DNA from: an uncultured Rhodospirillaceae bacterium
Lineage (GTDB): Bacteria > Pseudomonadota > Alphaproteobacteria > MPNO01 > UBA830
Direction: 5' to 3'
Length of the DNA: 64,000 nt
Assembly (NCBI GenBank): GCA_963977005.1
Contig: CAXBMQ010000012.1
Span: 4,307 to 68,306, forward strand
Made by a program: the position numbers and the translations under genes. The number at the start of each line of letters is the position of its first letter. Position 1 is the stretch's first letter. This document shows positions 21,969 to 31,449 of the stretch, piece by piece. The notes below the pieces were generated by a model. The model saw only the letters and a list, made by a program, of their open reading frames with translations. It had not been told where the DNA came from and ran no database searches.

Positions 21969-21983
21969 GAACAAAACAAGAAC
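21969..21983 (+). promoter_or_regulatory. LexA (SOS) box of alphaproteobacterial type, GAAC-N7-GAAC, upstream of imuA
   Basis: gaacaaaacaagaac, with an overlapping gaacatttgttc palindrome, about 20 to 30 nt upstream of the imuA start. Confidence 0.7.
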
Positions 21984-22001
21984 ATTTGTTCTCGCATAAC
22001 A

Positions 22002-23048
22002 TTGGAACATACGATGCCGAGGCCCTTCGGAAGCGCCAGGAACCGCTCTCTTCCCTCTCAGAAACGGGAAAACGGGGCGATTCCGGGTACGCTTCCGTCC
22101 CGTCTTGCGGCCGCCCATGCTCTCATGGAACACCCAACCAGTCACCCGGTCAGCAACCCGACCACTCTGGAACAGCTGAAGGCACAGATCCGCCAGCTTG
22201 AAGGATTTGGCGGCACGCTGACCGGGACCAAACAACAGCCCCTGCCCTTCGGCGTCGCCGCGATAGACGATCATCTGCCCGGCGGCGGGCTGGCAAGGGG
22301 TGCGCTGCATGAAGTATTCGCCGCGGATGCCGGTATTGCCACGGCGTTCTGCGCCCTGCTGGCAGGCCGCCTGGCGAACGATACCGAAAACCACGCAATT
22401 CTCTGGTGCGAACGTCCCTGGGCACTCGATGCCGGCGCCCTTTACGGCCCTGCCCTGCTCCAGTTCGGTATTGATCCGGCACGCATGATTCTGGTCCGCC
22501 CCCGCCGCGATGCGGATGCGCTCTGGGCGATGGAAGAAGGACTGCACTGCGGCCGGGTCGCCGCCGTCATCGGGGAAATAACGGACATGTCCCTCACTGC
22601 CAGCCGGCGGCTGCAGCTTGCCGCCGAAGAAACCGGCGTAACCGCCCTGATGCTGCGCCCGAAAACGGACAGGCCCGCTCCCAGCGCCGCGGCCACCCGC
22701 TGGCGGCTCGATGCAGTGGAACATGAAGCCCGAAACACACCGTCTGCCGTGCAGGCGAACGACAATAAGCAAACACGATCAGACCCTCCGGGCCCTGATC
22801 TCATCGGCCCTCCGGGCCTGGACATTGACGGCCCTCCGGGCCTGGACATTGACGGCCCTCCGGGCCTGAACATTGACGGCCCTCCGGGCCTGGGCGCTGC
22901 GCGGTGGCGGGCGGAACTTTTCCGCTGCCGTGGCGGGGCCGCTGCGAACTGGATGATGGAGTGGAACGATGAAACGGGTAATTTCTCTCTGGCTGCCGAA
23001 ATTTGCGACCGACCGGCTGTGCCGTCTGCGGCAAGACTGGCTGGATAG
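22002..23048 (+). CDS. imuA: ImuA (SulA/RecA-fold protein of the translesion mutagenesis cassette) with an extended repeat-containing C-terminal tail
   Basis: RecA-like core (LHEVFAADAGIATAFCALLAGRL; HAILWCERPWALD; GRVAAVIGE). First gene of the imuA-imuB-dnaE2 cassette. Likely ATG start at 22014. Confidence 0.8.
   Translation: MEHTMPRPFGSARNRSLPSQKRENGAIPGTLPSRLAAAHALMEHPTSHPVSNPTTLEQLKAQIRQLEGFGGTLTGTKQQPLPFGVAAIDDHLPGGGLARGALHEVFAADAGIATAFCALLAGRLANDTENHAILWCERPWALDAGALYGPALLQFGIDPARMILVRPRRDADALWAMEEGLHCGRVAAVIGEITDMSLTASRRLQLAAEETGVTALMLRPKTDRPAPSAAATRWRLDAVEHEARNTPSAVQANDNKQTRSDPPGPDLIGPPGLDIDGPPGLDIDGPPGLNIDGPPGLGAARWRAELFRCRGGAAANWMMEWNDETGNFSLAAEICDRPAVPSAARLAG
22784..22895 (+). repeat. 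In-frame 24-bp tandem repeat inside the imuA 3' region
   Basis: About 4.5 copies of ggccctccgggcctggacattgac (units at 22806, 22830 and 22854, plus partial copies). Encodes (GPPGLD/NID)n. Confidence 0.85.
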
Positions 23049-24633
23049 TCCGCTTGCACTGGTCGATGAGACCGGCGGCAAGCTGATACTCCATGCGGTC
23101 AATACGGTCGCCGAACAGGCCGGTATCCGCACGGGCATGACCCTCGCCGATGCCCGCGCGATCCTGCCTGACCTGCAAACCAGCGAAGCCGATTTCGACG
23201 CCGAAAACCGCGCACTGACCCGGCTCAGCGACTGGTGCGGCCGGTTCACCCCGTGGACGGCGCCGGACGAAGACGCCAGCGGCGCGGCGTTTGGCGGTGC
23301 CGGCTCGGTCTGGCTCGACGTCACCGGCTGCGCCCATCTGTTCGGAGGCGAAGACGCGCTGATGCGCGATATCGTCGCCCGGCTCGATGCGCTCGGCTAC
23401 ACGGCCTATGCCGCGATTGCAGACACTCCGGGCGCCGCCTGGGCGGCCGCCCGCCACACCGCCTACAAGCGCAAGCGCTGGACAAGCATTGGCAGGGGCC
23501 GCGCGCGCGATGCAATCGCCGCCATGCCGGTCGCCGGGCTGCGTCTCGCCCCGGCAACCGTCGCCGGACTTCAGGCCGTGGGTCTGCGGCGTATCGGCGA
23601 TCTGATGCCGATCCCGCGCACCGCGCTTGTCGACCGTTTCGGCAGCGACGTCGCCGATCGTCTCGACCAGGCACTGGGCGACCGGCCGGAACCGGTCTCG
23701 CCGCTGGCCGTGACCAGCCCGTGGCACGCCCGCCGGGCTTTTGCGGAACCGATCGGCCGGACCGAAGATATCGCCGATGCTGTCCGGGAACTTGCCCGCG
23801 ATCTTGCCGCCACGCTGGAGGCCGACGGGATCGGCGCCCGCCGCCTGACCCTCGTCTTCTATCATCCGGACGGCACGATAGCCCGGCTGGAGGCCGGTAC
23901 CAGCCGGGCCAGCCGCAATGCCGCGCATCTTGCCCGGTTGTTCACCGCCAAGCTTGACCGCATCGAAGCGGCTTTCGGCATCGATGCCATCACCCTGACC
24001 GCGACAACCAGCGAAAAACTCTCGCCCCGGCAGGCAGCGCTCGACAGGCGCAGCGAACAGGACGATGCCGGCGTCGCCGAACTGGCCGACAGGCTCAGCA
24101 ACCGCCTCGGCGGCGAAAACGTCGTACAGATGACCCTGCAGGAAAGCCATATCCCCGAGCGGGCGATCGTCACGTCGCCCGCCACCGCACGAACCCGTCC
24201 GGCACCGGCCGCTCCCTGGCGCGCCAGCCCCCCCCTGAAACGGCCGCTTTCCCGGCCCCGTCCTCTTCGGCTCCTCCCCCGGCCCGAAGAGGTGGAGGCC
24301 ATTGCACCGGTGCCGGACGATCCCCCCGTCATGTTCCGCTGGCGCAAACAGGTTTTCCGCATCGAACATGCCGACGGGCCGGAACGCATCGCCCCCGAAT
24401 GGTGGCATGACGGGCTCGGCCTGACGGAGGGCGAACGGGACGGCCTGGAAAGCGATGCGTCAGACCGCGAAGAAGCCGATGCGTCTCAGGCATCGTCCGC
24501 CTCTATCCAGGACAATATCCGCGACTATTACCGCATCGAAGACCGCCGCGGCCGCCGTTTCTGGGTCTACCGCGAAGGTGTCTACAGATCCGGCGCGCAG
24601 CCCCACTGGTACGTCCACGGCGTCTTCGGATGA
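22969..24633 (+). CDS. imuB: ImuB (Y-family polymerase-like, catalytically inactive scaffold)
   Basis: UmuC/DinB-like N terminus MKRVISLWLPKFATDRL, 554 aa. Its start overlaps imuA in another frame. Confidence 0.85.
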   Translation: MKRVISLWLPKFATDRLCRLRQDWLDSPLALVDETGGKLILHAVNTVAEQAGIRTGMTLADARAILPDLQTSEADFDAENRALTRLSDWCGRFTPWTAPDEDASGAAFGGAGSVWLDVTGCAHLFGGEDALMRDIVARLDALGYTAYAAIADTPGAAWAAARHTAYKRKRWTSIGRGRARDAIAAMPVAGLRLAPATVAGLQAVGLRRIGDLMPIPRTALVDRFGSDVADRLDQALGDRPEPVSPLAVTSPWHARRAFAEPIGRTEDIADAVRELARDLAATLEADGIGARRLTLVFYHPDGTIARLEAGTSRASRNAAHLARLFTAKLDRIEAAFGIDAITLTATTSEKLSPRQAALDRRSEQDDAGVAELADRLSNRLGGENVVQMTLQESHIPERAIVTSPATARTRPAPAAPWRASPPLKRPLSRPRPLRLLPRPEEVEAIAPVPDDPPVMFRWRKQVFRIEHADGPERIAPEWWHDGLGLTEGERDGLESDASDREEADASQASSASIQDNIRDYYRIEDRRGRRFWVYREGVYRSGAQPHWYVHGVFG

Positions 24634-25211
24634 TCGAAGAAAATAACAGGAGAACAGAAATGAAAACGAATACCCTTACCCCCCTTGCTGCCCAAGAGCC
24701 TGAAGCCGGACCCGAAGCCGAAGCAGGTCTCTATTTCTTCGCCATATACACACATCGCCAGGAGACACGTCTGGGCAGGGTATCCCGGCGGGGGACAAGA
24801 CCCAGCGCCCTCGGCCGGACGGTGGAAGCGCACTGGCATAACCTGTCGCGTATCTTCCCCGATATCCGGCTTGATGCCTTTACCCTGATGCCCGACCGCA
24901 TCCACGGGATCATCGAAATCGAGGAAGGCGCCCCGCACGGCATCGCCGCTATCCTGCGGACCTTCAAATCGTTCTCTGCACGCGAGATCAACAAGCTGCA
25001 GCAGACTCCCGGAAACATGATCTGGCAACAGGCGCATGACGAACGCATCCTGCACGACGCCGCCGATCTGGAGAAGATGCAGACACATATCATGACCGCC
25101 CCCGCGCGCTGGCGGGACGGCCGCCGACAACGCCTCAACCCGGTATCCCGCCGGAGATCAGGCGCTTTCCTGAACTGGTTCCTGCCATCCTTCCTTGCCG
25201 CTGAACATTAG
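24630..25211 (+). CDS. Y1 HuH 'IS200-like transposase' fold protein (PF01797-like) with degenerate catalytic motifs
   Basis: FTLMPDRIHGII aligns to lMPNHVHLLi (HuH becomes R-I-H). ILRTFKSFSAREIN..IWQQAHDERILHDA..MQTHIMTAPAR aligns to the RAYT/IS200 core, with the catalytic Y replaced by H. The ATG overlaps the imuB stop (ATGA). Confidence 0.6.
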   Translation: MIEENNRRTEMKTNTLTPLAAQEPEAGPEAEAGLYFFAIYTHRQETRLGRVSRRGTRPSALGRTVEAHWHNLSRIFPDIRLDAFTLMPDRIHGIIEIEEGAPHGIAAILRTFKSFSAREINKLQQTPGNMIWQQAHDERILHDAADLEKMQTHIMTAPARWRDGRRQRLNPVSRRRSGAFLNWFLPSFLAAEH

Positions 25212-25279
25212 GCCCGGAGCTTTTTCAAAGCGGGTGCCGGATTTCCCCACCGCGTTCGGACTGTCCCTCATACATATCC

Positions 25280-28200
25280 ATGTCCCTTTATGCAGAACTC
25301 GAAGTCACCACTAATTTCTCCTTTCTGCGAAGTGCCTCGCACCCGGCGGAGATGGCGAAAACGGCAGCGGCGCTTGGCCTGGCGGCAGTGGCGGTGGCGG
25401 ATCGCAACACTCTGGCAGGGGTTGTCCGCACTCACCAGGCGGCGAAGCAGGCGGGGATAAAGCTTGTCGTCGGCGCCCGGCTCGACCTGCGAGATGCGCC
25501 GTCTCTTTTGTGTTTTCCGACCGACAGGGCGGCTTACGGGCGGCTGTCGAGACTGATTACCCTGGGCCGCCGACGCGCGGCGAAGGGCGATTGCGAAATT
25601 TATCTCGAAGACGTCTTCGCCCATTCGGGCGGCCAGCTTTTTATCTCCCTGCCGCCCCGGGAATGGGAGCGAAAACCAGACACCGCCTACACGGCTCACC
25701 TGCACCGCCTGCGCGAGGTTCTGGGACGGGATGTCTGGCTCGCTGCCCGCTGCCGTTATCACGGTGATGACGCCGTCCGGCTCTGGGCGCTTGCCCAGCT
25801 TGCGGTCGATGTGAACATCCCGATGGTCGCCACCAACGACGTACGGATGCATGTCCCCGACCGCAAACCCCTGATGGACGTGCTTACCTGCATCCGCGAA
25901 CACTGCAGCGTCGATCAGGCCGGGTTCCGCCTCATGGCCAATGCCGAACGTCACTTCAAACCGCCGGCGGAAATGGCGCGGCTGTTCCGCCGTCATCCCG
26001 AAGCCGTCATGCAGACGATGGCAATCGCCGAACGCTGTACGTTTTCGCTCGACGAGCTGCGTTACGAATACCCCGATGACGAAGCCCCGCCCGGCACCAC
26101 ACCGCACGCGGAACTGACACGCCTCGCCCGGGAAGGCTCGAAAACCCGTTACCCTGACGGCGTGCCGCCGAAAGTCAGCGCCCAGATCGACTACGAACTG
26201 AAACTCATCGACCAGCTGAATTACGCTCCCTATTTCCTCACCGTTCACGATATCGTCCGGTTTGCACGTTCGCAGGGTATTCTCTGCCAGGGACGCGGAT
26301 CGGCGGCGAATTCGACTGTCTGCTACTGCCTCGGCATCACGGCCATAAACCCTGCCGAAATCGACCTGCTGTTCGAACGTTTCGTTTCTGCCGAACGCAA
26401 CGAGCCGCCGGATATCGACGTCGATTTCGAGCATGAGCGGCGCGAGGAGGTCATCCAGTACATCTACGCGAAATACGGCCGCGAGCGCGCCGGGCTGGCC
26501 GCGACCGTCATTCATTACCGCACGCGCATGGCCGTCCGCGAAGTCGGCAAGGCCATGGGACTGACCGAAGACACCATCGCGACGCTGGTCGCCACCGTAT
26601 GGGGCTGGCGGTCAGACGGGCTTGAACGAAAGCATATCCGCGAAGCGGGACTCGACCCCGACGATCCGCGCCTGTCACTTGCCATCCGCCTCGCCGCCGA
26701 ACTGACGGGTTTTCCCCGGCACCTGTCACAGCATGTCGGCGGCTTTGTGATTACCCGCGGGCCGTTATCCGAACTTGTCCCCATCGCCAATGCCGCGATG
26801 GAAGACCGCACGACCATCGAGTGGGACAAGGACGACCTGGATGCGCTTGGCATCCTCAAGATAGATATCCTCGCACTGGGCATGCTGAGCTGTATCCGCA
26901 AGGGGTTCGACCTGCTGGAACGGCATTACGGCCGCAAGGTCGATCTCGCCACCGTACCCACGGGCGATCCCGCGGTGTACGACATGCTGTGCGAGGCCGA
27001 TTCCATCGGCGTGTTCCAGGTCGAAAGCCGTGCACAGATGACCATGCTGCCCCGGCTGAAGCCGCGCACGTTCTACGACCTGGTCATCGAGGTTGCGATC
27101 GTGCGGCCCGGCCCGATCCAGGGCGACATGGTGCACCCCTATCTGCGGCGGCGGAACGGCGAGGAGGCCGTCGACTTTCCGTCAGAGGAACTGCGCGAGG
27201 TACTGGCGAAAACCCACGGCGTGCCGCTTTTCCAGGAACAGGCGATGAAAATCGCCATTGTCGCTGCCGGATTCACCCCGTCGGAAGCGGATCAGTTGCG
27301 CCGCGCCATGGCCACCTTCCGGCATACCGGCACGATCCACACTTTCGAGGAAAAACTGATCGAGGGGATGGTCGCCAAGGGTTACGAGCGCGATTTTGCC
27401 GAGCGCTGTTTCCGCCAGATCGAAGGGTTCGGCGATTACGGCTTCCCCGAAAGCCATGCGGCAAGCTTCGCCCTGCTGGTCTACGTCTCCGCCTGGCTGA
27501 AATGTCACTATCCGGACGTGTTTGCCGCTGCCATCCTGAACAGCCAGCCGATGGGCTTCTACGCCCCGGCCCAGCTTGTCCGCGATGCCCGCCAGCACGG
27601 CGTCGAGATACGGCCCGTCGATGTGAACCACAGCGATTGGGACAACACGCTTGAAACCGGGACGGCGAAACCCGGAAAACAGGACTATCGCGCGCTCCGG
27701 CTCGGTTTCCGCCAGATCAAGGGATTTCACGAAGACAGCGCCGCCGCCCTGATCGATGCCCGCACGGCGCTGGGCCGGGATTTTACCGATCCGGCGGAAA
27801 TCAACCGGATGGCCCGGCTGACAGGTCCCGTACTGGAACGCCTTGCGCGGGCCGATGCCTATGCCTCGATGAAACTGCGGCGGCGCGACGCCTTATGGGC
27901 CGTACGCGCCCTGCCGCCGGCACCGCTCCCCCTGTTCGCAGCCGGGGAGAACCGCGAGGATCCGGAGGTTACGCTGCCGGCCATGGCGATTGGCGAAGAG
28001 GTCACGCACGATTACGCGGCATTGCGCCTGTCCCTTAAAACGCACCCGCTGGCGCTGCTGCGCGACGAACTGGCAGCGGCAGGCGCCGTCCCTGCCGACA
28101 GCCTGCTGCACGCAAAAGACGGCAAGCGTGTTACCGTCGCCGGGTTGGCCCTTGTACGCCAGCGCCCGGGCACGGCCAGCGGCGTTATCTTCATCACGCT

Positions 28201-28531
28201 GGAGGACGAGACCGGGGTGGCCAATCTCGTCGTCTGGCCCAAAACGTTCGAGCGTTTCCGCCCCGTCGTGATGGCCGCCCGTTTGATCAGGGTAACGGGA
28301 AAGCTGCAGCGCGAAGGCATCGTCACCCATGTCATCGCCGACCACCTGGAAGACATGACTCACCGCCTGCGCGCACTTGCCGGCCCGGATTTCAAATCCG
28401 ACGACAGGCGCAAAAACGCAAATGCGGCCTATGAAAACAATCTCGCCCGTGCCGACGAGGTCAAAAGCCCTCTCCCCGAAAGCCGCCAGAGCGCATCGCG
28501 CAAACTGTTCCCGTCACGGGATTTTCACTGA
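25280..28531 (+). CDS. dnaE2: Error-prone DNA polymerase DnaE2 (ImuC)
   Basis: 1083 aa PolIIIalpha-like protein: PHP domain N terminus (TNFSFLRSASHP), polymerase core, OB fold. It follows imuA-imuB. Confidence 0.93.
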   Translation: MSLYAELEVTTNFSFLRSASHPAEMAKTAAALGLAAVAVADRNTLAGVVRTHQAAKQAGIKLVVGARLDLRDAPSLLCFPTDRAAYGRLSRLITLGRRRAAKGDCEIYLEDVFAHSGGQLFISLPPREWERKPDTAYTAHLHRLREVLGRDVWLAARCRYHGDDAVRLWALAQLAVDVNIPMVATNDVRMHVPDRKPLMDVLTCIREHCSVDQAGFRLMANAERHFKPPAEMARLFRRHPEAVMQTMAIAERCTFSLDELRYEYPDDEAPPGTTPHAELTRLAREGSKTRYPDGVPPKVSAQIDYELKLIDQLNYAPYFLTVHDIVRFARSQGILCQGRGSAANSTVCYCLGITAINPAEIDLLFERFVSAERNEPPDIDVDFEHERREEVIQYIYAKYGRERAGLAATVIHYRTRMAVREVGKAMGLTEDTIATLVATVWGWRSDGLERKHIREAGLDPDDPRLSLAIRLAAELTGFPRHLSQHVGGFVITRGPLSELVPIANAAMEDRTTIEWDKDDLDALGILKIDILALGMLSCIRKGFDLLERHYGRKVDLATVPTGDPAVYDMLCEADSIGVFQVESRAQMTMLPRLKPRTFYDLVIEVAIVRPGPIQGDMVHPYLRRRNGEEAVDFPSEELREVLAKTHGVPLFQEQAMKIAIVAAGFTPSEADQLRRAMATFRHTGTIHTFEEKLIEGMVAKGYERDFAERCFRQIEGFGDYGFPESHAASFALLVYVSAWLKCHYPDVFAAAILNSQPMGFYAPAQLVRDARQHGVEIRPVDVNHSDWDNTLETGTAKPGKQDYRALRLGFRQIKGFHEDSAAALIDARTALGRDFTDPAEINRMARLTGPVLERLARADAYASMKLRRRDALWAVRALPPAPLPLFAAGENREDPEVTLPAMAIGEEVTHDYAALRLSLKTHPLALLRDELAAAGAVPADSLLHAKDGKRVTVAGLALVRQRPGTASGVIFITLEDETGVANLVVWPKTFERFRPVVMAARLIRVTGKLQREGIVTHVIADHLEDMTHRLRALAGPDFKSDDRRKNANAAYENNLARADEVKSPLPESRQSASRKLFPSRDFH

Positions 28532-28547
28532 CAGGCCCGGGTATTTC

Positions 28548-29153
28548 TCAAACGGCGGGCGGCGGCAGGTTCTTCGGTCCGCTGGTATCCCCGAAACCCT
28601 GGGCGATCATCTCGTCGTAATAGGCCTTGTAGCCGTTGGCCATCTTATCCGGCGCGCCGCGGTCGCGAAACACCTGCTCGTCCCATTTTTTATCGATCCC
28701 GTGGCCCAGAATCATGCGATTGAACCAGTTCCAGCTGGAACACACGGTGATCGCGATCGTCAGGTCCTCTTCGCTCCAGCCGGCACGGTAGCAATCCTTT
28801 GCATCGTCATCGGTCATCCGGTCCGGCGTCAGGGTCAATTTGCGAACGTATTTCAGGACCGGCTTCAGCTTGTCGTCCACCGGGGCCGTATCGATATCGT
28901 CTACCAGCTGCGGGAACAGTTCTTCATCCACCCCGAGCGACATGCAGACGTTCTTGTGGGCGCCATAGCAAAAATCGCAGGCATTCAGGAGCGAACAGAA
29001 CGCGGCAATGATCTCCTTCTCTTCCTGGCTGGGGCCCGCCGGGTAATTCATCAGCCGGTGAATGAATTCCATATAGGGCTCGAACAGATCCCATTTGGAC
29101 ATCTGCAACTGGGACATCGAGATGATCCCGTCATAGCTCGGAAAAAACGTCAT
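28548..29153 (-). CDS. Carboxymuconolactone decarboxylase (CMD)/AhpD-like peroxidase-related protein
   Basis: AhpD-like CxxxH (CDFCYGAH) within the CMD fold. 201 aa. Confidence 0.7.
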   Translation of the reverse strand: MTFFPSYDGIISMSQLQMSKWDLFEPYMEFIHRLMNYPAGPSQEEKEIIAAFCSLLNACDFCYGAHKNVCMSLGVDEELFPQLVDDIDTAPVDDKLKPVLKYVRKLTLTPDRMTDDDAKDCYRAGWSEEDLTIAITVCSSWNWFNRMILGHGIDKKWDEQVFRDRGAPDKMANGYKAYYDEMIAQGFGDTSGPKNLPPPAV

Positions 29154-29165
29154 GCCACGCTCCGT

Positions 29166-30077
29166 TTAAAGCCCGATTGCCGACAAATCGAGCGTGTCAC
29201 CTATCACCGGCGGGCACCAAAAGAAGCTGCCCGATACCGGGCGAGTGAATCGGAACAACCCGTCTGTAATACCGTCTTCCTGCCCGGTCATACGCCTGAG
29301 TTGCGCTTCGAATGCATCGAATGACTTGCCGAATGAAACGAAAACCAGGCCTTCGCCACTTTCGTCCGACCAGGGCATCGACCGCCGGACCACGAAGGCT
29401 TCCGGATCGAAGCTCTCCTGAGCTGTTCGCTTCACATGGGCGGATTCCGGCGCTTCATCGAACTCCTCATTGTCACTCACATGCCGGCCAAAAATGTTGT
29501 CCCGGTCATCTTCGGAAAGGCTTTGGAAATGGTCCAGGTCGTGCACCCATTTTTGGACGCCAACGAAACTGGACCCATCGATTCCGGCGCCGGCGCCCTG
29601 GGCAATCGCCGCTTGCACAGCGTCATCACCGTCGGGGTTTTCTGTTCCATCCTCATACCCGCCGAGATCCCGGCCGATCTTCCGGCTGACGTCGAATTTG
29701 AACCCATCGATCAGCCGGCTCCGCCTAAAGGCGGTCGATACCTGTGCGGTGACCGACCGGCTCAGATGGGTGATTTCGCCCCGATCCGTGCCCCTGATCC
29801 AGCACCAGATATCCGCTTGGGTGGATGGGACCTCTACGCCCGGGCCGCTCATCGATGGAAAGGCCCGCATCCCCGGTACAGTCCCTTTGAGCGAACTGAC
29901 AAGCCCGGAACCAAGCCCGATAACCATCTCCGCCCCCAATTTCCGGGCAGCAAGATCACGTAGCACCGGCGCAGGGTTACAATCCGGAAGCCGGTTGAAT
30001 TCGAGATAACGGGACAAATCGGGGAGATCGGCGAGTATTCCCGCCTGTGACGTGCTCATTTCAATAGTTCCTCGCAA
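29166..30077 (-). CDS. Dye-decolorizing (DyP-type) peroxidase
   Basis: GYEDGTENP (GxxDG) motif and distal Asp/Arg. YfeX-like, 303 aa. Confidence 0.8.
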   Translation of the reverse strand: MRGTIEMSTSQAGILADLPDLSRYLEFNRLPDCNPAPVLRDLAARKLGAEMVIGLGSGLVSSLKGTVPGMRAFPSMSGPGVEVPSTQADIWCWIRGTDRGEITHLSRSVTAQVSTAFRRSRLIDGFKFDVSRKIGRDLGGYEDGTENPDGDDAVQAAIAQGAGAGIDGSSFVGVQKWVHDLDHFQSLSEDDRDNIFGRHVSDNEEFDEAPESAHVKRTAQESFDPEAFVVRRSMPWSDESGEGLVFVSFGKSFDAFEAQLRRMTGQEDGITDGLFRFTRPVSGSFFWCPPVIGDTLDLSAIGL

Positions 30078-30150
30078 TATTCCAAACGATACTCATCCCG
30101 CTCTTCCGGTCGGACCAATCAACACCACTCAAAGCCTCGGACCTCACCGG

Positions 30151-30594
30151 CTAAACACCAAGACCGGCAGCATCCACCGGCACAAAATTATCGTTTGTCA
30201 CACCTTCTGCGGCAGACTCGAAAGCCAGCTCCACCTGAACGCCATTCGGATCATGGAAAAACACCTGTACCAGGCGCCCGCCGCCAGCGAGGCATTTTTT
30301 ATACGTCACGTCGTGTTTCACCAGCGTCTTTTCGGTCTCCGCCAGGTCCATCGCCGAAAGACCGATATGATCGAGCCCTTCGCCATGTCCCGTCGCGACG
30401 GTGCGCGGATCGCCTTCGGGGTCACTGAGCGACAGATGAACGATCGGAACCTCGCCGCAATACAGCCAGTATCCGTGGGTGGCGAAATCGGGGCGGAAAC
30501 CAATTTCAAGCCCGACCACGTCGACGAAAAAATCCTTGGTTTCCTCCATCCGGTCCGTACGGATGTTTATATGATTAAGTTCCTTGATCGCCAT
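30151..30594 (-). CDS. VOC (glyoxalase/bleomycin-resistance/dioxygenase) family protein
   Basis: 147 aa with two beta-alpha-beta-beta-beta modules (HINIRTDRMEETKDFF.., HIGLSAMDLAETE..). Confidence 0.75.
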   Translation of the reverse strand: MAIKELNHINIRTDRMEETKDFFVDVVGLEIGFRPDFATHGYWLYCGEVPIVHLSLSDPEGDPRTVATGHGEGLDHIGLSAMDLAETEKTLVKHDVTYKKCLAGGGRLVQVFFHDPNGVQVELAFESAAEGVTNDNFVPVDAAGLGV

Positions 30595-30699
30595 CTCGAT
30601 TCTCCGTTCAGAGCGCTCTTTCAGCTCGTTCGATACATGATCCGTGCACGAATTCTGACGGCTCCCCGGCGATCAGGCAAGCTCCCGACCGCGCGCAGG

Positions 30700-31440
30700 T
30701 CAGACAACCGCAATAATGAGTGACAGGATGGCGATGCCGCCGAGAGTCAAATTCCGGAACTGCGCTTCGGATGCATGCGCAAACAGGCGCATGCCCGCCC
30801 AGCAGGCGAGCGTAAACGGCACAAACAATACGGCGGCAAGTAAAAGCAGTTCGAGCGATATCAGCCCCGACGCGGCATAGGAGACAATGGCTCCCAGTTG
30901 TACCAGCAGGCCGAAGACCAGGAAATTTGCGCGTTGTTCGGCGGCGCTGCCCGGTCCCGACAACAGATACAGGAAAACCGGCGGGCCACCCATCGATACG
31001 GATCCGGTGATGACACCGCCCATGCCCCCGACACCGATCCGCACCGGCAGGCCCCTTGGGCCGCGATAGCGCCAGCCCGACAGCAGGATGAGAGACAGAA
31101 CAATCGACGTTCCTGCAACGATCCGGCGCATGAAATCCTCGTCGACGGCGATAAGCACCCAGGCGCCCAGCGGGGTCATCACCATCGCCGCGAGCCCGAC
31201 CGGCAGCATCCGGCGCCAGTCGGCATACGGCAGCGCGCCGGGCATCACCTGAACATTACTGATCAGGTTCAACAGGATAATGACCGGCACGCCCTCCCGG
31301 GCGCCGAGGATCAGTGCAACGACAGGGGCGGTGATAAAATTGGCCCCCGCACCGCCATTGAACCCCCGCACCAGACCGGAGGCGACAAAGGCGCCCACGA
31401 TCGCCGCTATTTCCCAAACGGAGAGTTCCTGGAAGATCAT
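30700..31440 (-). CDS. TauE/SafE family anion exporter, paralog 2
   Basis: 246 aa, 8 TM, GFNGG motif. Third gene of a tandem array. Confidence 0.8.
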   Translation of the reverse strand: MIFQELSVWEIAAIVGAFVASGLVRGFNGGAGANFITAPVVALILGAREGVPVIILLNLISNVQVMPGALPYADWRRMLPVGLAAMVMTPLGAWVLIAVDEDFMRRIVAGTSIVLSLILLSGWRYRGPRGLPVRIGVGGMGGVITGSVSMGGPPVFLYLLSGPGSAAEQRANFLVFGLLVQLGAIVSYAASGLISLELLLLAAVLFVPFTLACWAGMRLFAHASEAQFRNLTLGGIAILSLIIAVV

Positions 31441-31449
31441 CGATCCAGC

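Noticed and set aside
22801-24408. 535-aa ORF on the - strand
   Set aside because: It is antisense to imuB, whose Y-family N terminus is recognisable. This is a shadow ORF in GC-rich DNA.
25268-26515. 415-aa ORF on the - strand
   Set aside because: It is antisense to dnaE2, which has strong PolIII-alpha homology.
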